DNA of 64,000 nucleotides from an uncultured Actinomycetes bacterium (GTDB lineage Bacteria; Actinomycetota; UBA4738; HRBIN12): NCBI GenBank assembly GCA_963704725.1, contig OY969934.1, positions 1,984,001 to 2,048,000 of the forward strand, read 5' to 3'. Shown piece by piece: positions 54,552 to 64,000 of this stretch (position 1 is its first letter; each line of letters starts with the position of its first letter). The notes under the pieces were generated by a model. It saw only the letters and a program-made list of their open reading frames with translations, ran no database searches and was not told where the DNA came from. The position numbers and the translations under genes were made by a program.

Positions 54552-55763
54552 TCAGATGAGGCGCACGAACCTCCGGCGCCCCACCGCGAGCGTGGCGCCG
54601 CGAAGCTCCTCGATCGGCATCTCCAGCCCCGGGTCGGAGAAGGGCTCGCCGTCCAGGCTGACGCCCCGGCCCTCGATCTGCCGTCGGGCATCCCCGTTCG
54701 AGGCGGCGAGGCCGAGCAAGACCAGGAGGCGCGGGAGCCACACCCGCCCATCGACGATCGCGTCCGGCGGGACCCGGGCCTCCTCCACCTGGTCGGGGAT
54801 CCGGTGCTCGCGGTGCACGGCGTCGAACCGCTCCTCGGCGCCCGCTCCGGCCCCGGGGCCGTGGTACAGGTCCACGACCTCCCGGGCCAGGCGCCGCTTC
54901 TCCGCCCAGGGATCGAGCGAGCCGTCGCCCAGACCCGCCTTCACGGCGGTCCACGCCTGCCGGTCGCCGAAGAAGTCCAGCGTGAGTCGCCGGTACTCCG
55001 GGATCAGCTCGTCGCGGACCCGGGTGAGCTTGCCGAACATCTCGTCCGGATCCTCGGTGATCCCGATGTAGTTGCCGAGGGACTGGCTCATCTTCTGCAC
55101 GCCGTCGGTCCCCACGAGCAGGGGCATCGTCATCGCCACCTGGGGGCTCTGCCCATGCTCGCGCTGCAGGTCCCGGCCGAGCAGCAGGTTGAAGAGCTGG
55201 TCGCTGCCGCCGAGCTCCACGTCCGCCTCCACGGCGACCGAGTCCATCGCCTGCAACAGCGGGTAGAGGAACTCCATGATCGAGATGGGCCGGGTCTCCG
55301 CGTACCGTTTCGCGAAGTCGTCGCGCTCGAGCATCCGAGCCACCGTGGTCGAGGCCGTGAGCTTCAGGACCGCCTCCATGTCGAGCGGCTCGAGCCACTC
55401 GGAGTTGTGGCGGACCTCGGTCCGCTCGCGGTCCAGGATCAGCCAGAACTGGTCCAGGAGGCGGCCGGCGTACTCCAGGACCACGTCCTTGGGCAGGCGG
55501 GGACGCGTCTCGCTCCGTCCCGATGGATCCCCGACGCGCGCCGTGAAGTCTCCAACGATGAGCACCGCCACGTGTCCGGCGTCCTGGAACTGCCGGAGCT
55601 TGCGCAGGACGACGGCCCACCCCAGCGTCACCGCCGGGGCCGTGGGGTCCAGGCCGAGCTTCACCCGGAGGGGACGGCCCAGGGCCAGCTTCTCGTCGAA
55701 CTCCCAGAGGGGGCGAGCGTCCGCCACCTCGGCGAGTAGTGTTTGGCGGTCGTCGGGACCCAT
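54552..55763 (-). CDS. tyrS: Tyrosine--tRNA ligase with atypical signatures
   Basis: KLGLDPTAP, GDFTARVGDPSG, YPLLQAMD, GGSDQLFN, C-terminal S4; HIGH = TLGW, KMSKS = KMSQS. Confidence 0.94.
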   Translation of the reverse strand: MGPDDRQTLLAEVADARPLWEFDEKLALGRPLRVKLGLDPTAPAVTLGWAVVLRKLRQFQDAGHVAVLIVGDFTARVGDPSGRSETRPRLPKDVVLEYAGRLLDQFWLILDRERTEVRHNSEWLEPLDMEAVLKLTASTTVARMLERDDFAKRYAETRPISIMEFLYPLLQAMDSVAVEADVELGGSDQLFNLLLGRDLQREHGQSPQVAMTMPLLVGTDGVQKMSQSLGNYIGITEDPDEMFGKLTRVRDELIPEYRRLTLDFFGDRQAWTAVKAGLGDGSLDPWAEKRRLAREVVDLYHGPGAGAGAEERFDAVHREHRIPDQVEEARVPPDAIVDGRVWLPRLLVLLGLAASNGDARRQIEGRGVSLDGEPFSDPGLEMPIEELRGATLAVGRRRFVRLI

Positions 55764-55818
55764 GGGCGCCGCGATGCTAGCAGTGGGAACCTGGGCGGTC
55801 GTGCGAAGATGGAGGCCC

Positions 55819-58281
55819 ATGGCCGGGCGTTCTCGCGCGACGTTCGTCGCGATGCTGGTGATCTGTGCCCTCGCGGCGGCCGGTTGCAACCTGCCCACGC
55901 TGCACGAGGCGCGCCAGGAGGCCGCCGCCCTCCCCCAGACCTCGTTCCTGTACGCGGCCGACGGGACGCTGATCACCCGGCTCCACGCCGGCGAGGACCG
56001 CGTCGTGGTGCGAGCCTCGCGGATCCCCGACGTCATGCGCAACGCCGTGATCGCCATCGAGGACCAGCGCTTCTACGACCATCGGGGGGTCGACCTGCGG
56101 GCCCTCCTGCGGGCCGCGTACATCGACGCCACGACCGGCCGCGTGGTCGAGGGCGGCTCCACGATCACGCAGCAGCTCGTGAAGCAGATCTACGTGGGCG
56201 GCGAGGAGTCCCTCGACCGCAAGATCCGCGAGGCCTACCTGGCCTGGCAGATGGAGCATCGGTTCACGAAGGAGCAGATCCTCACGAAGTACCTGAACAC
56301 CGTGTACTTCGGCAACGGCGCCTACGGGATCATGGCCGCAGCCCGCACCTACTTCGACGAGGACCCGATGGGGCTCACGCTCCCCCAGGCCGCGTTCCTG
56401 GCCGGGGCGATCGCCGCTCCCGTCAGGTACGACCCGGTGACGCATCCGGGGCGGGCGCGCAACCGCCGCAACCGGGTGCTGGCCCGGATGCTCGACCTGG
56501 CGATGATCGATCAGACCGCCCACGACGCCGCCATGGCGGACCCGCTCGAGCTGGACATGAACCGCGAGGAGAGCCAGCCGTATCTGGCCCCGTACTTCGT
56601 CGACTACTTCAAGGAGTGGTTCCTGTCGAACCCGACCTTCGGGGCGACGCCCCAGGAGCGTTACCAGCTCCTGTTCGAGGGGGGACTGCGGATCGTGACG
56701 ACGATCGACCCCCGCCTGCAGCACGCCGCCGAGCGGGCCATCGACTCCGTGCTGCTGTACAAGACCGACCCCTACGCCGCGGTCACGGCGATCGACCCGC
56801 GGACCGGGTTCGTCCGCGCCATGGTGGGTGGCCGGGACTACTGGGACGAGAACGACCGGTTCGCCCGGATCAACCTCGCAACCGGGGGCAGCACGGGCCG
56901 GCAGGCGGGGTCGGCGTTCAAGCCGTTCGCCCTCGTCGCGGCGCTCGAGAGCGGGCTCACCCGTTCCACCCCCCTGAACGGCTCGGTCGCACACATCCCC
57001 CTGCAGAACGGCACGTTCTGGGATCCGCACAACGCCGAGGGCAGCGGCGTGGGAACGATCTCGCTCGAGTCGGCCACGGTGAACTCCGTCAACGTGGCCT
57101 ACGCGAACCTCGAGTCTCTGATGGGAGGCGGCGACCCCTACGTCGGCGCCCAGAAGCTCGTGGATGTCGCGCTGCGGATGGGCATCCGGTGCTGCCCTCG
57201 GACGACGGAGCCGGGGACGCCGCTCGCCGCCGTGCCCGCCGCCGTCCTCGGGGTCAACGAGGTGAGCACGTTGGAGATGGCCTCCGCGTACGGGACGCTC
57301 GCGTTCGGCGGCGCGCACGTGCAGCCCACGCCCGTCATCAGCGTGACGACCAGCGACGGCACGCCGCTCTATCAGGCCACCGCCCATCCGAAGCAGGTCC
57401 TGGACCCCGCGATCGCGTCCGAGGCCGTCGACATCCTCAAGGGCGTCGTCGCGCACGGCACGGGGACGGGGGCGAACATCGGGCGTCCCCAGTTCGGCAA
57501 GACCGGGACCGCCCAGAACGCCAGCGACGCGTGGTTCATGGGTGCGGTCCCCCAGCTCGTGACCGCCGTGTGGGTGGGCTTCCCCCAAGGCCAGGTCCCG
57601 ATGTGCTGCGGCAACGTGCGCATCTCGACCGTCTACGGCGGCACGTGGCCGGCCTCGATCTGGCGCGCCTTCATGTCGGTGGCCACCGCGCGCATGCTCG
57701 TTCGGGAGTTCCCCACGGCGCCCGCCGTCCAGTACGTCACGCTGCGGGTCGACGTGACGCAGGGATGCCTGGCGAACCAGTACACGCCGCCTCAGGACAT
57801 CGACACGTTCCAGTACGTGGCCGGGACCGAGCCGTCCCTCGACACCTGCACCCAACCGACGTCCTACCAGGAGCTCACGGTGCCCTCGGTGATCGGGCTC
57901 CTCAAGCAGACCGCGATCTCGACCCTGCACGCCGCGGGCTTCAACGTCGCCATCGAGTACGAAACCTCCAACGAACGCGACGACACCGTGATCGACCAGC
58001 GTCCGGCGGGCGGCAGCCGCCTGATCCAGACCGGAACGGTCACGATCACGGTGGCACGGGGAGCGCCGGAGCTCGTGGACGTGCCGAACGTCGTCGGGAT
58101 GGGGCAGGCGGCCGCCACCGCCACGCTCCGCGCGGCCGGGTTCGAGGTCGCCGTGGTCCGAAAGCAGGAATGCGACCCGGCCGACCCCTCGTGCCTCTAC
58201 CGGCCCGGAATCGTCTGGGCCCAGCAACCCACCGGTCAGGCCGAGCCCGGCGCCACCGTCACGATCAGCGTGAACCCGTAG
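55819..58281 (+). CDS. Class A penicillin-binding protein with PASTA domains
   Basis: EDQRFYDH, GGSTITQQ, RKIRE, SAFK, SVN, KTG; two C-terminal PASTA repeats. Confidence 0.95.
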   Translation: MAGRSRATFVAMLVICALAAAGCNLPTLHEARQEAAALPQTSFLYAADGTLITRLHAGEDRVVVRASRIPDVMRNAVIAIEDQRFYDHRGVDLRALLRAAYIDATTGRVVEGGSTITQQLVKQIYVGGEESLDRKIREAYLAWQMEHRFTKEQILTKYLNTVYFGNGAYGIMAAARTYFDEDPMGLTLPQAAFLAGAIAAPVRYDPVTHPGRARNRRNRVLARMLDLAMIDQTAHDAAMADPLELDMNREESQPYLAPYFVDYFKEWFLSNPTFGATPQERYQLLFEGGLRIVTTIDPRLQHAAERAIDSVLLYKTDPYAAVTAIDPRTGFVRAMVGGRDYWDENDRFARINLATGGSTGRQAGSAFKPFALVAALESGLTRSTPLNGSVAHIPLQNGTFWDPHNAEGSGVGTISLESATVNSVNVAYANLESLMGGGDPYVGAQKLVDVALRMGIRCCPRTTEPGTPLAAVPAAVLGVNEVSTLEMASAYGTLAFGGAHVQPTPVISVTTSDGTPLYQATAHPKQVLDPAIASEAVDILKGVVAHGTGTGANIGRPQFGKTGTAQNASDAWFMGAVPQLVTAVWVGFPQGQVPMCCGNVRISTVYGGTWPASIWRAFMSVATARMLVREFPTAPAVQYVTLRVDVTQGCLANQYTPPQDIDTFQYVAGTEPSLDTCTQPTSYQELTVPSVIGLLKQTAISTLHAAGFNVAIEYETSNERDDTVIDQRPAGGSRLIQTGTVTITVARGAPELVDVPNVVGMGQAAATATLRAAGFEVAVVRKQECDPADPSCLYRPGIVWAQQPTGQAEPGATVTISVNP

Positions 58282-58876
58282 CGGGACGTCCCCGCGAGAC
58301 GAACGCGCTGCCGCGTTCGAACCAGCGCCACCGAGCCTCCACGCCGACCCGGACGCCCACGCGGGCGCTCCGTGCGATCCGCCCGGGGGGGACGGGCTCG
58401 CCCTCGCGCAGGTGCACCAGCGGGTCTCGCACGAGGTCGAGCCCGTCGTCGGATCGGTCGAGCCCGAAGGCCTGCGCCAGCCGGGCGGGCCCCGAGCACA
58501 GCAGGCCGGGGTCGTCGACGCCACGGTTCGCGGCCATCGCCTCGAGCCCCTGCATGGGCTCGGCCGCCCGGAGCAGGACGGCGCTCCCCTCCCCCAGGGC
58601 CCCCGTGACGACGTTCGCGCAATGATGCATGCCGTATGTGAAGTACACGTACAGATGCCCGGCGGCCCCGAACATCACGCCGTTGCGGGCCGTGCGGCCG
58701 CGGTAGGTGTGGCTGGCCGGATCGTCCGGGGCGTAGGCTTCGACCTCGACGAGCCGCGCCGCCAGCCGGGTGCCGTCCGGCAGGACGCGGATCAGCACGC
58801 GGCCGAGGAGCTCCGGCGCCACGACGGTCGACGGGCGGGCGAAGAAGGACCGGGGCAGGCGTCGGCCGGGCTTCAC
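58265..58876 (-). CDS. mpg: DNA-3-methyladenine glycosylase (MPG/AAG)
   Basis: VEVEAY..DPASH, LYVYFTYGMH, AVLLRA, SGPARL. Confidence 0.95.
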   Translation of the reverse strand: MKPGRRLPRSFFARPSTVVAPELLGRVLIRVLPDGTRLAARLVEVEAYAPDDPASHTYRGRTARNGVMFGAAGHLYVYFTYGMHHCANVVTGALGEGSAVLLRAAEPMQGLEAMAANRGVDDPGLLCSGPARLAQAFGLDRSDDGLDLVRDPLVHLREGEPVPPGRIARSARVGVRVGVEARWRWFERGSAFVSRGRPATGSR

Positions 58877-60594
58877 CGGCCCTTGCGCAGGAACGTCCGC
58901 AGCTTCGCGAGCGGCCAGGTGTTGATCACCTCGTCCTTCGTCAGCCACCCCCGCTGCGCGGTGGCGATCCCGTAGCGCATGAACGCCAGGTGGGTCGTCG
59001 CGTGCGAGTCCGTGTCGATGGCGAACTTCACGCCGTGGCGCCGGGCCCACAGGATGTGCTCGTCCTTCAGGTCGAGACGATCGGGATACGCGTTCACCTC
59101 GAGGGCCGTCCCGGTGCGAGCGGCGGCCTTGAAGACCTCGTCGAGGTCGAGCTCGACCGGCTGCCGCTTGTTGATCAGGCGGGTCGTGGGGTGGCCGATC
59201 ACGTGGACGTGCGGGTTCTCCATGGCCCGGATGAAGCGCCGGGTCATCTCGTCCTTGCTCTGGCCGAAATGCGAGTGCACGCTCGCCACACACAGGTCGA
59301 AGCCCTCGAGGAACTCGGGCCCCCAATCGACGCCACCGTCGGGGTCGATGTTGAGCTCCGACCCGTGCAGGAGCGTCATCTTCGGATAGCTCGCCTGCAG
59401 CGCCCGGAGCTGCTCGCGCTGCGCCAGCATCTTCTCGTCCGTCATGCGCTGCATGGCCAGGTTCGGTGCGTGATCGGTCACGGCGTAGTAGGCGTACCCC
59501 AGCCCGGACGCGGTCTCGAGCATCTGCTCCAGCGAGGCCAGCCCGTCGGTCAGATTGGTGTGCGTGTGCAGGTCACCCCGGATCTGCCTCTGCACCACGA
59601 CGTCGGGCAGCGTGCCGGCCAGCGCGGCCTCCACCTCGCCTCGATCCTCGCGGAGCGTCGGCGGGATCCAGGGGAGCCCGAGCTTTGCGTAGACCTCCTC
59701 CTCGGTGCGCGCCACGATGAGCCGCCCGGTCTTTGCGCGGAACAGGCCGTACTCGTTCAGCTTGAGCCCCTTGCGCACGGCCATCTCGCGGATGCGGATG
59801 TTGTGGGGCTTGGATCCGGTGAAGTAGATCATCGCGGCGCCCCACGCCTCGAGCGGCACGACCCGCAGATCGACCTGGAGCCCCGCGCGAGTGATGACCG
59901 AGGACTTCGCCTCGCCGTGGGCCAGGATCCGCTCCACCATCTCCCCCGCGGTGAACGCCTCCATCACCGCGACGGGGTCGGAGCTCGCCACCAGGAGGTC
60001 GAGGTCCCCGATGGTCTCGGCCATCCGCCGAAGCGAGCCGGCGTACTCGATCCGCTCGACGTCCCCCCGGCCGCCGAGCCATTCGAGGTAGGAGTCGGCG
60101 AGGTCCATCGCCACCGAGGACAGCGCGCGGCCGCCCTGCTGCTGGAGGCGCTCGATGCCGCGCCGGATGTTCTCCTCGGTCCGGGCGCCGAAGCCCTTCA
60201 GGCCGGCGAGCTGCCCCTCCTCCACCGCCGCCCGCAGCGCCTCGATGCCGTCGATCCCGAGGTCCCGGTACAGGACCATGGCCTTCTTCGGGCCCAGCCC
60301 CGGGACGGCGATCATGTCGCGGACGCCGGCCGGGATCTGCCCCCGGAGCTCGTCGAGGGCGGAGATCGTTCCCGATCGCAGGAACTCGTGGACCTTCTCG
60401 CCGATGGACTTGCCGACGCTGGGGATCTTCAGGATCTCGGGCAGGTCCATGCCATCGAGGTCGGCGGCGTAGCCGCCCACGGCCCGCGCCGCCTTCTCAT
60501 AGGCACGGGCCTTGAAGGCGTCCTCCGACAGGATCGACAGGAGGTCCGCGTACTCGATCAGCGCGGCCTCCACGGCGTCGTTCGTCCTCGGCAC
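58873..60594 (-). CDS. polX: DNA polymerase X / PHP domain protein
   Basis: AGSLRR, GDLDLL, VDLR, FTGS, PHP DLHTHT, TDH, TDSH. Confidence 0.96.
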   Translation of the reverse strand: MPRTNDAVEAALIEYADLLSILSEDAFKARAYEKAARAVGGYAADLDGMDLPEILKIPSVGKSIGEKVHEFLRSGTISALDELRGQIPAGVRDMIAVPGLGPKKAMVLYRDLGIDGIEALRAAVEEGQLAGLKGFGARTEENIRRGIERLQQQGGRALSSVAMDLADSYLEWLGGRGDVERIEYAGSLRRMAETIGDLDLLVASSDPVAVMEAFTAGEMVERILAHGEAKSSVITRAGLQVDLRVVPLEAWGAAMIYFTGSKPHNIRIREMAVRKGLKLNEYGLFRAKTGRLIVARTEEEVYAKLGLPWIPPTLREDRGEVEAALAGTLPDVVVQRQIRGDLHTHTNLTDGLASLEQMLETASGLGYAYYAVTDHAPNLAMQRMTDEKMLAQREQLRALQASYPKMTLLHGSELNIDPDGGVDWGPEFLEGFDLCVASVHSHFGQSKDEMTRRFIRAMENPHVHVIGHPTTRLINKRQPVELDLDEVFKAAARTGTALEVNAYPDRLDLKDEHILWARRHGVKFAIDTDSHATTHLAFMRYGIATAQRGWLTKDEVINTWPLAKLRTFLRKGR

Positions 60595-60616
60595 GTTCAG
60601 CGCCTCCCGGGACGGG

Positions 60617-61537
60617 TCAGGCCGCGCCGAGCAGCCAGAGCAGGAGCGCCTTCTGCGTGTGCATCCGGTTCTCCGCCTGATCCCACACCGCCGAGTGCGG
60701 GCCGTCGATCACCTCGTCGGCGATCTCCTGCCCCCGGTGCGCGGGGAGGCAGTGCAGCACGGTGACGTCGGGCCTGGCCACGTCCACCTTGGCCCGGTCG
60801 AGGGCGAACGCCGGGAACACCAGCGCGCGCTCGTCGGTCTCCGCCTCCTGCCCCATGCTCGCCCACACGTCCGTGTAGAGCACGTCGGAGCCGGCCGACG
60901 CCTCCCGCGGGTCGTTCGTCAGCAGGACGCTGCCCCCCGTCTGCTCGGCGATCTCGGTTGCCCGCTGGACGATCTGGGGGATCGGCTCGAACCCGGGGGG
61001 GGTCGCCACTCGCAGGTGCATGCCCATCTTCGCGCCGCCCAGCAGCAGCGAGTGGGTGACGTTGTTGCCGTCGCCGAGATACGTCAGCGTCCGGCCGGCG
61101 AGATCGCCCTTGATCTCGCGCACGGTCAGCAGGTCCGCCAGACACTGGCAGGGATGCTCGAAGTCCGAGAGCGCGTTGACCACTGGGACCGAGGCCGCCC
61201 CGGCGAGCACCTCGAGCCGCTCCTGCTCGAACGTCCGCAGCACGATCGCGTCCACGTACCGCGACAGCACGCGCCCGGTGTCTTCGATCGTCTCCCCGCG
61301 CCCGAGCTGGAGCTCGCCCGAGGACAGCGCAACCGGATGCGCGCCCGCCGAGGAGATCGCGATCTCGAAGGAGACGCGCGTCCGCGTGGACGGCTTCTCG
61401 AAGATCATCCCCACGGCCTTGTTGCGCAGCGCCTCGGCCCAGTCGCCCGGCTGCGCCTTGACCTTCGCCGACAGGTCGAGCAGGCGCGCCAGCTCCTCGA
61501 CCGCGAGGTCGTCGACCGAGAGGTAATCGCGCTTCAT
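60617..61537 (-). CDS. argF: Ornithine carbamoyltransferase
   Basis: STRTR, HPCQ, WASMG, HCLP. Confidence 0.96.
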   Translation of the reverse strand: MKRDYLSVDDLAVEELARLLDLSAKVKAQPGDWAEALRNKAVGMIFEKPSTRTRVSFEIAISSAGAHPVALSSGELQLGRGETIEDTGRVLSRYVDAIVLRTFEQERLEVLAGAASVPVVNALSDFEHPCQCLADLLTVREIKGDLAGRTLTYLGDGNNVTHSLLLGGAKMGMHLRVATPPGFEPIPQIVQRATEIAEQTGGSVLLTNDPREASAGSDVLYTDVWASMGQEAETDERALVFPAFALDRAKVDVARPDVTVLHCLPAHRGQEIADEVIDGPHSAVWDQAENRMHTQKALLLWLLGAA

Positions 61538-61582
61538 GCTGCCGCAGTCTAGCGGCCGGATGGAAGCGGGGTGCGCGACGGT

Positions 61583-63958
61583 CTACCCCGACCGGAGCTG
61601 GGCCCCGAAATCGCTCGCCAGGCGCTCGGTCACGGCGTCGACGGCGGCGCCGGCCTCGGCGTCCGTGAGGGTTCGGTCGGGCGCGCGAAGGTCGACCGAG
61701 AAGGCCAGGCTCTTCTTCCCCTCCGGCAGCGGCGGTCCCGTGTGGACGTCGAACAGGACGCACGAGTCCAGGAGGTCGCCGGCCGCCGTCTCGAGCGCGG
61801 CCAGGACCTCTCCCGCGGGGGTGGCGGTGTCCACCGTGAACGCCAGGTCCCGCCGCACGGGGGGGAAGCGAGCCGGCTCGCGGACGGCGAGCGGGCCCGA
61901 GGCGTGCCGCATGAGGGCCCCCACGTCGATCTCGCCGACGGCGACGCGGCCGGCGAGGTCGAACGCGGCCGCGGCCCGGGGGTGGAGCTCACCGAACATG
62001 CCGATCGTCTCGCCGCCCGCCTCCACGGTCGCCGAGCGCCCGGGATGCAGCGGCCCGCCGTGCGACCGACCCGTCGTCCAGGCGATCCCGAGCTCGGCGA
62101 GCATCGCCTCCACCACGCCCTTGGCGTCGAACACGTCGTACTCCCGCCCCCCGCCGGTCCACCCACCGTCGGCGGTCCCCACCAGGACGAACGCCACCGA
62201 CGCCCGCTCGCGGGCCGTGCCGTCCGCGAGACGGAACACCGTGCCCGCCTCGAAGACGGCCACGCTGCGGACGTGCCGGAAGGCGTTCCGCCGGGCCGTG
62301 TGGAGCAGACCGGGAAGCAGCCGGGTCCGCAACCAGCCCTCCTCGGCCTGCAGCGGGTTCGTCACGCGGATCGCGTCCCGGTCCCCCACGATCTCGAGAT
62401 CGCGGTCGGAGGCGAACGGGACCTGCCGTACCTCGCGCGCGCCGGCCCGGACCATCGCGCCGCGGACCCGACGCAGGAACTCGTACCGCTCGGGGAGGCC
62501 TCCGGCCTGGCGGACGGGCGGCAGGGTCGAGCCGATGCGCTCGTACCCCTGGATCCGGGCGATCTCCTCGATCAGGTCGACCTCGCGCTCCAGGTCCACC
62601 CGGTAGCCGGGAACCTCCACGCCGACGGCGCCGTCCCCCGCGACCGCGTGGACCATGCCGAGCCGGTCGAAGACCGCCTCGGCGTCGGCGGCCGAGACCG
62701 GGTAGCCGATCAGCGCGCCGGCTCGGCTCGGACGGACCGGGATCCGGCGTCGCTGCGGTGGGCCGCCCACCTCGATGACCCCACGCAGGACCGTCGCTCC
62801 ACACCAGAGCTGCATCAGGCGGCAGGCGCGGCCCGCTCCCACCGGCACCGCCTCCGGATCGACGCCACGCTCGAACCGCATCGAGGCCTCCGTCGACAGC
62901 TCGAGCCGGCGGCGCGTCCGCTGGACCCCTTCGCGCTGGAACGACGCGGCCTCCAGCAGGATCTCGGTGGTGGACTGGGAGATCTCGGCGAGCTCGCCGC
63001 CCATCACGCCGGCCACGCCGATGGGGCGCTCGACGTCGCAGATCAGCAGGTCGTCGTCGGTAAACGTGCGCTCGACGTCGTCGAGCGTGACCATCCGCTC
63101 CCCCTCCTCGGCGCGCCGGACCACGATGCCGGGGCCCTTGAGCAGGGGCAGGTCGAACGGATGCAGCGGCTGCCCCACCTCGAGCATCGCGTAGTTCGTC
63201 GCGTCGACCGCGGCCGAGATGGGGCGCATCCCGGCGGCCGTGAGCCGGGCCTGGGCCGCGATCGGCGACGGCACGTGCCGCACGTCCCGCAGGACACGGG
63301 CGAGGTAGCGGGGGCACCGGTCCCGGTCGAGGACCTCGAGCGTGGCGGTGCCCCCCGCGGGCTCGTCGGTGTCCAGCGGGGCCCAGTCGACGGGCGCGAG
63401 CGGCGTGCCCGTGGCCGCCGAGACCTCCCGGGCGATCCCGAGGACCGAGAGGAAGTCGGGGCGGTTCGGCGTGACCTCGATGTCGAGCACGGCATCGTGC
63501 AGGCCGAACGCCTCGGCCACGTCGCGCCCGGGCTCGAGCTCCGTCGGCAGGATCAGGATGCCCTCGTGCGAGGGCGAGATCCCGAGCTCGTCGGGCGCGC
63601 AGAGCATGCCGTCGGAGACGACGCCGCGGATCTCACGGGCGGTCAGCGGCTCCGGGAGCATCGGCACCCGGGCGCCGGGACCGGCCAACGGCACGAGGTC
63701 CCCCGCCGCCATGTTGCGGACGCCGACGACGACCTCCTGCTCGCCCGAGCCCGTCTGCACGCGCGCCAGGCACAGCCGGTCGCTGTTGGGGTGGTCACGG
63801 ACCTCGATCACGCGCGCGACGACGACGCCCGACAGGTTCGCCCACGGCCGCTCGATCGACTCGACCTCGGCGCCGACATGCGTGAGCAGCTCCGCCAGCT
63901 CCTCGGCGGGGAGATCCGTCGGACACAGCTCCCGGAGCCAGGTCAGGACGATCTTCAC
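61583..63958 (-). CDS. pheT: Phenylalanine--tRNA ligase beta subunit
   Basis: HPNSDRL, TPNRPD, GQPLHPFD, RFERG, DLIEEIARI, KKSLAF. Confidence 0.97.
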   Translation of the reverse strand: MKIVLTWLRELCPTDLPAEELAELLTHVGAEVESIERPWANLSGVVVARVIEVRDHPNSDRLCLARVQTGSGEQEVVVGVRNMAAGDLVPLAGPGARVPMLPEPLTAREIRGVVSDGMLCAPDELGISPSHEGILILPTELEPGRDVAEAFGLHDAVLDIEVTPNRPDFLSVLGIAREVSAATGTPLAPVDWAPLDTDEPAGGTATLEVLDRDRCPRYLARVLRDVRHVPSPIAAQARLTAAGMRPISAAVDATNYAMLEVGQPLHPFDLPLLKGPGIVVRRAEEGERMVTLDDVERTFTDDDLLICDVERPIGVAGVMGGELAEISQSTTEILLEAASFQREGVQRTRRRLELSTEASMRFERGVDPEAVPVGAGRACRLMQLWCGATVLRGVIEVGGPPQRRRIPVRPSRAGALIGYPVSAADAEAVFDRLGMVHAVAGDGAVGVEVPGYRVDLEREVDLIEEIARIQGYERIGSTLPPVRQAGGLPERYEFLRRVRGAMVRAGAREVRQVPFASDRDLEIVGDRDAIRVTNPLQAEEGWLRTRLLPGLLHTARRNAFRHVRSVAVFEAGTVFRLADGTARERASVAFVLVGTADGGWTGGGREYDVFDAKGVVEAMLAELGIAWTTGRSHGGPLHPGRSATVEAGGETIGMFGELHPRAAAAFDLAGRVAVGEIDVGALMRHASGPLAVREPARFPPVRRDLAFTVDTATPAGEVLAALETAAGDLLDSCVLFDVHTGPPLPEGKKSLAFSVDLRAPDRTLTDAEAGAAVDAVTERLASDFGAQLRSG

Positions 63959-64000
63959 GCCACGCCCTCGAACTGCTCGAGGAACCGGACGTCGCCCTCG
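63955..64000 (-). CDS. pheS: Phenylalanine--tRNA ligase alpha subunit (3' end only)
   Basis: EGDVRFLEQF C-terminal motif; TGA overlaps pheT GTG. Confidence 0.88.
   Translation of the reverse strand, partial: EGDVRFLEQFEGVA

Overview
High-GC actinobacterial chromosome segment, probably from a deep-branching lineage (the 23S carries the actinobacterial domain-III insertion). It is mostly the conserved core block pheST-argF-polX-mpg-PBP-tyrS-rrn-tlyA-nadK-recN-steAB-pyrG-ald-xerD-deoB-pdp-scpAB-rluB-aroH-tyrA-aroA-cmk-der-tRNA(Pro)-pgsA2-gcvH-garA-merR/ftsR-hpt-gcvPAB, almost all on the minus strand. This block converges on a 28-bp XerCD dif-like site at 7507-7534, so the window likely spans the replication terminus. 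The main surprise is at about 2364-3068, hidden in the tail of a spurious 725-aa ORF. It is a stand-alone, very small (~234 aa) reverse transcriptase with Abi/UG(DRT)-type motifs (ADVRDCY, GLPVGP..S..LAN, RWVDD, GLELNDAKT). It has a candidate promoter of its own, no thumb or accessory domain and no mobile or defence context, and sits between an Lrp regulator and an amidohydrolase. About 1.6 kb downstream, a near-consensus sigma-70 promoter precedes a ~170-nt highly structured segment (4645-4813), a candidate unannotated ncRNA and possible RT partner (inference). Other oddities: a T7-endonuclease-I-like protein, a TyrRS with both class-I signatures altered (TLGW / KMSQS), a doubly coupled 40-aa sORF, an orphan argF and an rRNA operon only ~39 kb from dif. 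All calls come from motif reading by eye; no database searches were run.
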